A stretch of 64,000 nucleotides of DNA from Octopus vulgaris (lineage: Eukaryota). The notes beneath the pieces are model-generated. The model made no database searches and had not been told where the DNA came from. It worked only from the letters and a program-made list of their open reading frames with translations. A program made the position numbers and the translations under genes. Where the stretch lies: assembly GCA_951406725.2 (NCBI GenBank), contig OX597826.1:21886001-21950000 (forward strand). Direction: 5' to 3'. Positions 23,263 to 39,560 of the stretch are shown here, one piece after another; within the stretch, counting starts at the first letter, position 1; every line of letters starts with the position of its first letter.

Positions 23263-23944
23263 TGGGCATATCTGTTCAAGTCAGAAATGTTTGTGCACTG
23301 GACAAGGACAAAATGGTTTTGTTGCTCTGTACTCATTCCAGACAGGCCCAGCTGATGGTACTTCCACATTTGTAGTTTATCTCAAATTTGTGATACCGCC
23401 TGTTAGTTCTGCTTGGCCAATGGTCTCTGTCCCAAAAGACTGATAGAACAGACTAGCCACTTGATTTTCATCAACAACTTGAGTTTCCCCATTAATCATC
23501 ACTTTTGTCCGTCACTAATTCTCTATATAGAACACCAACACAAAACTTCCACCTTACTGCACTGCTTGACTGGTAGAGGCCTGTGAGTACATGATGGCAT
23601 TTCAGATGCCAAGTGCCCTGTCTTGGTCTTTGCTTGACCCCAGGACTGTTTTGGTAAAACATGAACTGGGACAAAGCATGATGATCAAGCAATGATATAT
23701 GATGAAAGCATTGTAAGTATTCACCACTTCTGCCGGACATTTCAGTTCTTCATTTCTGACTGAGATTGGCCACTCTACTTGTCACTTCATCCCAGTTCTT
23801 CTCCACTTGTAGATTTATACCACAACAGATGTCGAACAATTTAATTGGTCTGTCTGTTCAGCACCACTTGATGCTGTTGGATGGTACGAACCTGAATCTA
23901 CTACTAATAATAATAATGTTTTCATCATCATCATCATCATCATT

Positions 23945-26060
23945 ATTATTATTACTATTTCACTATTGCATGTTAATTTAGTTAGCAAGTATTTTATCTT
24001 GAGGGTTGGTGACAACAATGAGTCTCCTCAAATCTCCAGAATCTTTCTTAGGATTCCTGCAGAATATAGGATGGTACTTTTGTGCAGGTCAATAGCGAGG
24101 GTTTCAATTCCAATCTCTTTCAGTCTTTTAGGCAGCATTTCAGATATTGTTGTCTTGGTCTTCCAGTCTCCTCAGCTCTCTGGCTAGATTCTGATATTTC
24201 TCATTTTTTTTCAATTTCTTTGGTGTCAACCCTGCTACTATGAGGAATTGTATAATCTATGATCTTGTACTATTTGTTTATTTTGTGTTCTATAGTCATG
24301 TCTGATCATCTTGCCTTAACAGCATGTTCAGTCTTTATGTTGAAGTTCCACAAGATTTTGTCATTCTCATTTTCTATCATGTCTTCTAGTTTATGTTCAT
24401 AACACTTTTCTATTGTTTCGAAGCCACACACTTGGCTAATATCCCAACACACTCTTTTGCCAATACATTCATGTCTATGCTTATACTCCTTTTGTGCTAG
24501 TTTACTGCACTTACTCAAAATGTGATTGATACTTTCATCTCCTTTCCTGCAGATTCTACATTTACTGTCTGACTGAATTTTATTGATCTTTGCCTTTATC
24601 AGATTTGTTCTAAGGGCTTGTTCCTGAGTGGTTATAATTAGTGTTTCTGTTTCTAGTTTCAAGTTCCTATTCTTCAAGCACAGTAATCTTCACTTATTCT
24701 TGGTTCGTTGCATGAATTGGCCATACAGGTTCATTTCTTTCCATTTGTTTATTCTGTTGTTCTTCCGTTTCTTTTTGAATTCTCCTACTGCTTCAGTCAC
24801 TTTTTAGGTATCTCTGCTTGCCAAAAGTACTTTTATATTATTCTGCACAATATAATTGTTCAGGCCCAGTGTCACACTACTAACAGTGCCATCTTCGGTG
24901 CTTAGTAATCCTCTACTACCTCCATTTCTTGGCAGATAAAGTCAGTCAGTATTACTCTTAGGGTGGAGTGCATTGTTAGGTGCTTTCTAGTTCTTCTATC
25001 CAAGTTCTACGGTTCGATCTTTGTCCATTTCAGAAAGGGAGCTGAGTATCTCTGTACTGGCATTACCCGTGTAGTTGTGGCTTTAATGATGTTCCCTCCA
25101 TTTAATTTTTGTTTCAAGCACCTTCCTACGTCTCCTCTTGTAGTTTTTAGTGACTTCTCTTTCCATTATTTTATTGTCTTGCAGCACTCCTAAGCATTTG
25201 TATGCCTCATTATTCTGCAGTGATCTAATTATGTTGTCCAGTGGTAATTTTATGCCATCAGAATTTACCTTCCACCCTCTTTTCATTACTAGCTCTGTGC
25301 ACTTATCTACCCCAAACTGCATTCCAATATTTTACTGAATACTCACACTGTTTGGATCAGAGGATTCAGGTCTGCCTCATCTTTTCTATGTATCTTGAGG
25401 TCAACCATATAAAGTAGGTGATTTATTCTTTCTTGGTTTCGGTACACTCATAGGCAGGCCTGGATTTTCTTAGTATATTTCTCAGGGGGATTAACGCAAT
25501 GATGAAAAGTAACAAAGAGAGTAAGTCTCCTTGGAAAATGTGATCCATTTGCACATTTCAGTTTTACTTCCTACACTTTCAATGCTTTCTCCAAAAAGTT
25601 ATCTTCTCATTGACTCCAAGCATCCTCAGATACTCCAAGAGCCAGCTGTGTGGGCCATTGTAATAGGCCTTCATGTAATCTATCCATCCAACAGCGAAAT
25701 TCTTCCTCCTTACTCATACTTCATTTAATATTCTGCTGTCTACATACAACAGATCAACAATTCCCCTTCATTTCTTCCCACATGTTTTTTGCTCTTCTGG
25801 CAATAGGTTCTCCTTTTCCAGAAAATTATATACTTCTGCTATGAGACCAGTTAATAACTTCCAGAGTAATGGTAAGCAAGTAATTAGTCTATAATTGCTG
25901 TCTCAGCCCTCTCTTTCCTTTGTTCTTCTGTATCAAAACTGTTCTTCCTTTTATTATCCATGTTGATGTTTCATTTTCTAGACACTGACTAAAAAATAGT
26001 CATGTGTATATTTGGGAGGTTTTTGAGCCAGAAACCCTGGGTGCCATCTGGTGTGGGGAA
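23945..26060 (-). mobile_element. Degenerate R4/Dong-like non-LTR retrotransposon (RT, CCHC finger, REL-type C-terminus)
   Basis: Minus-strand pieces MQFGVDKC, ETETLIITTQEQALRTN, CRICRKGDESINHILSKC...YKHRH, KILWNFNIKTEH and the ending QKSTILYSAGILRKILEI*. (TAA)n follows the 3' end. Confidence 0.85.
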
Positions 26061-26095
26061 CGGGGGCTTTCCAGTTTGATATTATTATTAGTATT

Positions 26096-26333
26096 AAGGC
26101 AGTGAGCTGGCAGAATTGTTAGCACACTGGACAAAATGCTTAGCAGTATTTTGCCCCTTTGCTCCATTCTGAGTTCAAATTTTACCAAGGTCAACTTTGC
26201 CTTTCATCCTCTCAGGGTTGATAAAATAAGTACCAGTGAAACAGTGGGGTCGATGTAATCGACTTGTCCCCTTCCCCAAAACTGCTGCCTTTGTGGCAAA
26301 ATTTGAAGGCATTATTATTATTATTATTATTAT

Positions 26334-26366
<33 letters not shown>

Positions 26367-26400
26367 GAGTAAGAGCAGCAGCAGCAGTAGTAGTACTAGT
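26096..26400 (+). mobile_element. SINE family C copy with (ATT)n(AGT)n tail
   Basis: Similarity to 56347-56579. Confidence 0.85.
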
Positions 26401-26479
26401 AGTTCACCTTCTTGGCAGATATCTACCACAGCTAGCAGCAGAATGGGGAATTCTCAGTTAAGTGAATGAAAAAAAAACC

Positions 26480-28378
26480 ATATTATTTTCAAGATGTTAG
26501 CAAAGCAGTTGCTGGTTGTCATTGTTAGTCTCACTTATGATGTACAATTTGTCATTCCAAACAGATCTATCTATAAAAACCTCCACTTCATGTGATACAT
26601 CATAAGCAAGGTAAGCAAGGAACTTGATCAACTTAGCTTAATCACATGCCTTCATTAGAGTTGATCATATTTGGTTGTTGTCCTCATGGCAGCTGGTTCT
26701 GACCCCATCTTCAGGGGCTGAATTGTAGCAACATTTGCTTGGTGGTTGGGCTAAATGGCCACCCATCAGAGTCATTTAGTACCATGCATTCAGTCTGTCA
26801 TGGTTGTCCCCTCTCATCGATATTGCAAGCAATTTCCATTTCCCCATCGTAGTGTTGAGCACCAAACACACAGAGGAGACTGGCACTACTCTAAGGGAGC
26901 ATGAGGTGTTGAACCAAGAAAAAGTCTAGGTTTACAGCTTGGCACCTGGAAAGGCAAGTCCATGCCATCTAACAACTTCATAGAACACTGGGAGATGGGT
27001 AGGTTAAGTTGTTCTAGGTCTGGTTTGGTCCAAATCTCTATTTAGACAAGAACTGAGACAAGGTGATGGACACATTGACTAGTCTCACTCAGAGATGGGT
27101 TGGAGAGTAAACTATCCTTGAAAGGTTGAGCAGAGATGCTGAATGTCTACATTGCATCCATCGTTTATTACTGCCTGACCATTGTGCTGGTCCTACTTCA
27201 TGTCTGAACAGACAGCAGCACCTGCTCTTTTACTTTCTGTTGAAAGGGGATATGTTCCACAGGTGAGGTGCTTCATTTGCTGAATGGAGGACTGGCCATA
27301 CTGTAGCTAATGACACACAGACATGCATCATCTCCAGCATTTTGTTTACAGTAAACAGGTTGGTCACCATTTGTCAATGCATTTCTCCACAGCTTTTCTC
27401 TTTGATGGAACCTCAGTTCTGGGTCAAGTGAAGACCAAGGGAAGGCACTTGGTATCTGGAATGTTATCAAACACTCACAGTCCTCTACCAGCCAGGCAAT
27501 GCAGTTGGTGGAAATTCCACTTTAGCATTCTATAGCGAATTAGTGGCAGGCAAGTATGATGATGCCCTTGGCAAAAAGCTGGCCATCAATGAAAATCAAC
27601 AGGCTAGTCTGGTCTGGAGGACTTTCAGTCCAGGACCCATGGATAACTTCCATAAATCCCTGGCCTTATTGTGTTACTTGGGGGGGGGGGCGGCATTACC
27701 AGTTCAAGATAAACTCTAGAGGTTGGGCCTATCTTTAGAACAGAAAGACCATTCTGCACACACTTGGTCAGTGCTCAAGCATTGTTGGCCTTATTATGCT
27801 AAACGGTGCTATCTCATATAGGATAAAGCCAGCTATCAGCTGACTCCATTGTGGAGATTGCACCATCCTTTGACCAGGAAAGCCAGGCAGTCTTTATCTA
27901 TCTGGTCGTCATGACAAAAGAGATTGTGTAGTGAATGAGACTAAAAGAGCTAAAAACAGACACTTTCATCTTTGATAAAACTCTAACTTTTTCAGGTTTC
28001 AATAGAAAAGGAATATAGAGGTGGAGAGAGAAGTGTTGGCTTTCATCACATTTGTTGAAAGCTAGATGAAAGTGATGAGTATGGTCTGAGTCAGTGGGCC
28101 TACTCTGAGCATGCTCTTTTAGGCTGGAGGAGGTTTGAATGGGGAGGGCAATTGCCTAAGTGGCCCAGGTGACCATGCTTTTATGGTGTTTCCAAAACTA
28201 GCCCTCAGGTCTCCCTTCTATTGAGGAATTTTCATTATTTAAAATTTCATTTATTATCACCTTGTTATTTTTGTCATAAATCTGTGTTCACATTTCCAAC
28301 TCCTCTGTATTTGTCTTTTTTCATATCAATGTTCTTTGTACATTTTATGCAAGCCCTTTTGGCCAATAAAGAAACATA
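26480..28378 (+). mobile_element. Highly decayed Tx1/L1-like LINE 3' half
   Basis: ttggcacctggaaaggcaagtccatgcc and ggtctggtttggtccaaatctc match 50260-50355 of the younger copy. Ends at AATAAAgaaac before (CTA)n. Confidence 0.7.
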
Positions 28379-28437
<59 letters not shown>

Positions 28438-29120
28438 CACCACCACCACCACCACCATTACTACTAAGGCAAGCTGGCAGAATTGTTAGCACACTGAGCA
28501 AAATGCTTATCAGCATTTCTTCCGTCTTTACATTCTGAGTTCAAATTCTGCTAAAGTCAACTTTGCCTTCTCTTCCTTTCAGAGTCGATAAAATAAGTAC
28601 ATGTCAAGTACTGGAGTTGTAATTGATAACTATTCCCCTCCCCTCAGAAATTTGAAGGTGGTGAGCTGGCAGATTAAATTTTGTCTATCTTTATGTTCTG
28701 AATTAAAATTTTACCAAGTTTGACTTTGCCTCTCACCCATTCTGGGTCAATAAAGTAGCAGTTGAGCACTGGGGGCAATATAATTGACTAGGCCCCCCAC
28801 CCACAAATTTCAGGCCTTGTGCCTTTAGTAGAAAGTATTATTATTATTATTATCATTATTATTAAGGCAGTGAGCTGGCAGACTCATTAGCACACCGGGT
28901 GAAATGTTTAGTGAGATTTCATCTGTCACTACATTCCAAGTTCAAATATTGCCAAGGTCAACTTTGCCTTCCATCCTTTCTGGGTCAATAAAATAAAGTA
29001 CCAGTGAAACACTGGGGTTGATGTAATCGACTATACCCTCCTCACAAATTTCAGTCTTTGTGACTATATCAGAAAGGATCATCATCATCACCACCACCGC
29101 CGCCGCCGCCACCATCATCA

Positions 29121-29157
<37 letters not shown>

Positions 29158-29385
29158 AGTGGTGAGCTGGCAGAATCATTAGCATGCAGGGCAAAATGCT
29201 TGGTGGCATTTTATCCATCTACATTCTGAGTTCAAATTCCACTGAAGTCGATTTTGCCTTTCATCCTCTCAGGGTCAATAAAATATGTACCAGTCATGTA
29301 CTGGGGGGTTCCATGTAATCAACTTATCCCTCTCCAAAATTGCTGGCCTTGTGCCAAAATTTGAAACCATTACTACTATTATTAT
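28379..29385 (+). mobile_element. Chain of four head-to-tail SINE family C copies with trinucleotide microsatellite linkers
   Basis: Copies start at about 28466, 28655, 28864 and 29156. (CTA)n(CCA)n precedes the first, (ATT)n follows the second and (CAT)n(CCG)n(ATT)n follows the third. Confidence 0.85.
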
Positions 29386-30534
29386 TTCATTTTATTTTGT
29401 TACTAGGATCTATTTATAGATACAATAATGTTACCAAACCTGCTACAAAAATGTGTAGGGATAGATGTAGAGTCTGACATAAAATGGGGGCAGGCGCAAA
29501 AGGCATCATTCAATGTGTTTTAAGTATCTTACATATTTTGCGATTTGAAGATGTGTCTGTTCTGTTGTGTAGAGCAGATGATAGCCGTGTACGTTTGCAC
29601 CGTTTCTGTTGTCTATTTAATCGCTTGTAAGTATATATATTGAAACAATACCTAATTCTGTTTTCATCTAAGGAAGATCTTGTTTCCCCTAAACTTTTTG
29701 ACATCTTATAGTCTCCTACATTTTATTTTCAACAGTCTTTCAGCTCCACCACATCACAGTCTGACCTTTACTACTTCATTGCAAACAATTTTAATTATAT
29801 CAAACATGAGTTTTATATTTATACAATGGCATTAATACTTCACATAATCACAAATATTTATCAAATGATTGTTTGACTTCATCATTTTAGGGTCTGCCAT
29901 TCTAGCCTTGCTATTTGTTTCAGTTCAAACTGCATCAAACCATGTTATTTTGTTATGTCTCTGTATATCAACTTTCTCCTCCTCTTTTCTACGACTGATA
30001 TTTAAGAAGGCAACAGCAACAACAAACTCAAATATTTCACAACTTTCTCTTCTTTACACAATAATTAAATTACTATTCAACATTCTTTATAATTATATGT
30101 CCCCATTGTGTTATAGCAAATGTACTCTACTCCCTCCCTCTCTCTCCTCCTCCTCTCTCTCTTGTACTTCTTTTTCCAGCAATTTCATGACAACTAGTGC
30201 TGTTTATGTCCTTTCTTTTTCTTTCTATTTTAGATTAGCCAAGTTAGTGGTAACAATGTCAGAGTAACTTAATATGCAGTCACTCCTCCACTTACAATAC
30301 AAGATGCTTGCATTAAAATACTCCTGAGCCAACCAACGGCCCATGTTTCCAAAAAGTAACAAGTTTTTTTTTTAATTGTAATCATAAATACATTATAAAA
30401 TTCATTAAAGATTTTTTGCATCTGAATTCCTTAATGTTGTAAACAAAATGACTTTTTTTACAATTGTTGGATTTTATATTTTTTTTATATATCTGTTGTT
30501 GCTCTCACCTAAAAATATCTAAGTATATTTTGGG

Positions 30535-33798
<3,264 letters not shown>

Positions 33799-33898
33799 NN
33801 NNNNNNNNNNNNNNNNNNNNNNNNNNNNNNNNNNNNNNNNNNNNNNNNNNNNNNNNNNNNNNNNNNNNNNNNNNNNNNNNNNNNNNNNNNNNNNNNNN
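33799..33898. other. Assembly gap (100 N)
   Basis: Run of N. Confidence 1.
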
Positions 33899-33912
33899 TA
33901 TATATATATATA

Positions 33913-35378
33913 TGATTGATTGATTGATTGATTCCAGTTCCAGCCTATGAGCTGTGGCCATGCTGGGGCACCGCCATTTGGTGTTGCTACTTGGTTTTAC
34001 TTCATGGGGGCTTTCTAGCAACTGCTATTTGGTGCATGAGAGAGTTCGATGCAGCTGCCCTCATCTGCCCCTCCTGCATGTGAAGTTGGTTCATCTGGGA
34101 CACCAGACAGGAAGAGATCCAGCTTCATTTTAAAGACATCTGTATCCACCCCATGCAGGTCTCTCAGGTTCTTCGGGAGGATATTGAAGAGCTGTGGGCC
34201 TCGGAAGCCCAGGCTATCACAGAATCTTGTCCTACATCTTGATGGCAGGTTTGGAGTCCTAGGCACCACGCAGTGGCGCCCAGTTCTGGCATTTGTGTAA
34301 CTCTCGATGCCAAAGTTCAGGACACTTCCCTCCAGGATCTTCCAGATGTATATTATGGCATATCTTTCCCGCCTACGCTCCAGGGAGTATAATTTTAATC
34401 TCTTGAGTCTTTCCCAGTAGCTTACATTCTGCATAGAGGCTATCTTCTTTGTGTAGCTTCGTTGGATCGCCTCAAGTTCTGTGATCAACTTGACACTGGA
34501 TGGTGACCATAGCTGAGAGCAATAGTCAAAGTGGCTTAGGACAAGTGTCTTCCAGAGGACCATCATGGTTTCTTGTTCTCTTGTTCTAAAGGTTCTAAGA
34601 ATCCAGCCAGCCAGCCGTCTACATTTCACTGTCAGTTTAGCAACATGTACATGAAAGGTCGCGTCATCACTCATGTGAATACCCAGGTCACGCACTGATT
34701 GTGCCTCTGGGATTGCAATCCCTCCGGGTCCAGTGTATTCATTGGGTATTGCATTCAGTTTTGCATGCTGATAGTATAAAGCTTGAAACTTTCCAGCATT
34801 GAACTGCATGCTATTCTTTTCAGCCCACTTGTATATTTCGTCCAGCTCACATTGCAGGTTTTTAGTGTCCTCAGGGTTCTGTATTGCCTGTGAAACTTTT
34901 GTATCATCTGCATAACTTGTGATCGTGGATCTCTGCGTGGCTGAGGGCATGTCTGAGAGGGCCATTATGAACAGTAGTGGTCCCAAAACAGTGCCCTGTG
35001 GAACACCACTCATTATTTGCGTGTTAATGGAAGTGGCCCCATTGGCTACTACCACCTGACTTCTATTCTTCAGAAAGTCGTGAAGCCATTCTCCTAGTTT
35101 TCCAACTATGCCAAGATCACGCAACCTGTGACATATCATTCCGTGATCGACTTTATCGAAGGCCTTTGCGAAGTCGAGATATATGACTTCCACATTTGAG
35201 TGGTTGAGCAGTTGTTTCAGCACCCAGTCATAGTGCTGCAGGAGCTGAGTTAAGCAGCTTCTTCCTGGTCGGAAACCATGTTGGGTGTCAGGCAGCAAGT
35301 CATTTTCTTCAAGGAAGGTGATTAGTTTCCTTCTGACTATTCGTTCCATGACCTTGCTGATGTGTGAGGTCAGAGAGA

Positions 35379-35380
<2 letters not shown>
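33913..35380 (-). mobile_element. 5'-truncated CR1-like LINE (second subfamily) flanked by (TA)n on both sides
   Basis: Long open RT frame with [34 protein letters not shown] and YADD. The 3' UTR contains ggcggtgccccagcatggccacag and ends in (AATC)n. Confidence 0.92.
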
Positions 35381-37589
<2,209 letters not shown>

Positions 37590-37769
37590 GCAAAAACATT
37601 TTATCCCATTATCTTTCGTACCTCATTCGTTACTATTGTTAAACGTCTGTACTCATACAATAACTGCTTCGTTTTTCCTATCTTTTCTCTACGAAATTTA
37701 ACCCTTTAATCCTTAATTTCCATCTTTTCCGCCATTCGGCGGTCCCCCCGCCCTCCCACCAATACCTTT

Positions 37770-37935
37770 CACCCCTACCACCAATACCGGTGAACACTTC
37801 TCACCCCTACCACCAATACCGGTGAACACTTCTCACCCTCCCACCACCAATACCGGTGAACACTTCTCACCACCACCACCACCAATACCGGTGAACACAT
37901 CTCACCTCCAATACCGGTGAACACTACTCACCATC
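37770..37935. repeat. Minisatellite, about five units of ~30 bp (accaccaataccggtgaacacttctcaccct)
   Basis: ccaataccggtgaacac recurs five times. Confidence 0.85.
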
Positions 37936-38321
37936 TACACCGGATATGCCCTCCTCCCCCCCACCACCATTGCGTGTGTCTCTCCCTCCTACCCCTCCTT
38001 CTCACATGCTTTCACTGTGTACTACTCCTTCCCCCACCAAGTCAAGCTGCTAGCACCGCAGCTCATTAACTGCCCCACTGATCTTACGTTACCTCCTGTT
38101 TAGAATCTGTCACATGCCTCAATCCGACCATCTCCTTCCAGTCCCCTCCCCGTCTCGTGATATCCTACGTTTTTATTTCTTCTGCACCAACCCTTTCCTT
38201 GTCATCGTTCCTCCTTACCCAACCTTCCCCACTGGTGCTTCCCTATATTACCTGCTCCCCCCCACCCCAACTCAACTCTAGAAAAGCTCGAACCGATTGT
38301 GACCGATGCCGGACCCCCCGG

Positions 38322-38515
38322 CCCGTGCAGGTGGCACGTAAAAAGCACCCAATCCACTCGCGGAGTGGTTGGTGTTAGGAAGGGCATCCAGCCGTAGAAA
38401 CTCTGCCAGATCAGACTGGAGCCTGGAGAGGCCTCTGGCTTCCCAGACCCCGGTCAAACCGTCCAACCCGTGCTAGCGCGGAAAACAGACGTTAAACGAT
38501 GATGATGATGATGAT
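38322..38515 (+). mobile_element. RTE 3'-end fragment
   Basis: gtggcacgtaaaaagcaccc...ggaagggcatccagccgtagaaac...gttaaac(gat)n, as at 12090-12274. Confidence 0.85.
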
Positions 38516-38524
38516 ATATATATG

Positions 38525-38558
<34 letters not shown>

Positions 38559-38699
38559 TGTGTGTGTGTATATATATATTTTTGTGTGGTTGGGTTACTT
38601 TATGGGATCTGAACTTTGTGAACCACCATGTCTTTTCAGAAATGAAAACAACCTACAAACTTTTTCCCATAACTACACCTGTTGAATCACCTGGTCTAG

Positions 38700-39110
38700 T
38701 AGAGTGGATGTTGCTTATGGTTGATCTTTCATAAGACTTCAAATGATGAACAACATCAGCCTCGGAAAGGAGGACATGACCACACATTTCACATGGACAA
38801 CACTTTGTTCTAATTCAGGTTTTCATGATGAGTCCTTCTGAAGCAAATGCTTTATTGTTTTGTGCTGAAGGGAACCATCTTCCAATTTTTTTAACATCTT
38901 TGTTCTTTCCTCCATTCACCTCTTTCCAAAACTACTTCTTCACATTGATTCATACTTCATTCAGGTATGTCTTTTATGCAGTCTTTATACCTTTTTTCTT
39001 GGTTTTTGCAGCAAACACTTTCCAATTTGCAGCTCACCATAGACCTCCTGCCTTGGAATTCTTTTATCTTCCATGTGCACAACATGGCCTGCCTAACACA
39101 CTTTGATATT
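38700..39110 (-). mobile_element. Decayed RTE/BovB-like LINE 3' fragment (different family)
   Basis: Minus strand translates to GHVVHMEDKRIPRQEVYGELQIGKCLLQKPRKRYKDCIK, a typical RTE C-terminus, followed by a C2H2-like CEMCG...HH remnant. Confidence 0.65.
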
Positions 39111-39359
39111 ATGAGCAACTCAAACTTTGTGCATCAAGTCTTTGCAAGGACTTCTGTGTCAAGTACTTTGCCACTTGATGTTGAGTATATGTTTCAGACA
39201 TGTTTCAAACGAAAGTGCTCAAGCAACTTGAGATGTCCATGTTTCAAAAGAGAACAATAGAACCAAGAGAGTGCAAACCTTGTGTGCATGTAACATATAT
39301 GCAAACACATACATATATACACGCATATGTATATATATCAACCTACACACACATATATA

Positions 39360-39560
39360 TATTCAAAATGTGACCGCATTGTGTATCGATTTTTTTCCTC
39401 CGTCTTCCCTTCCTTGGATCTTTCCTTTCCCTATGTTTCTGACGAAGAGCTCCGCTCGAAACGTTAAATCCTCCCTCTTTCTTTCCTTTCCTGAGCGTCC
39501 AATAACACTATACTTGTTCCACGTCCTCGCGTTGTTGTGTTTTCATGTTTGGATTAACTA
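39360..39560 (+). mobile_element. Short Penelope-like terminal-repeat fragment between TA-rich runs
   Basis: Carries a hammerhead motif and the tttcctgagcg motif shared with 1131-1346. Confidence 0.55.
39435..39469 (+). ncRNA. Minimal type I hammerhead ribozyme motif (canonical core)
   Basis: GTTT-CTGACGA-A-GAGC tcc GCTC-GAAACGTT-AAAT: intact CUGANGA/GAAA core, 4-bp stem II, palindromic stem III and a short stem I with a G-U pair. Confidence 0.65.

Noticed and set aside
28466-29385. Repeat-spacer or tRNA gene cluster
   Set aside because: The units are diverged SINEs of about 200 bp, the linkers are microsatellites, and there is no complete cloverleaf.
29510-29704. Minus-strand ORF or exon candidate with a GTAAGA donor
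   Set aside because: No credible acceptor in a compatible phase and no recognisable domain.
38967-39290. Cys-rich plus-strand ORF (CFKRKCSSNLRCPCFK)
   Set aside because: Short, interrupted by a stop, and partly overlapping a minus-strand RTE remnant.
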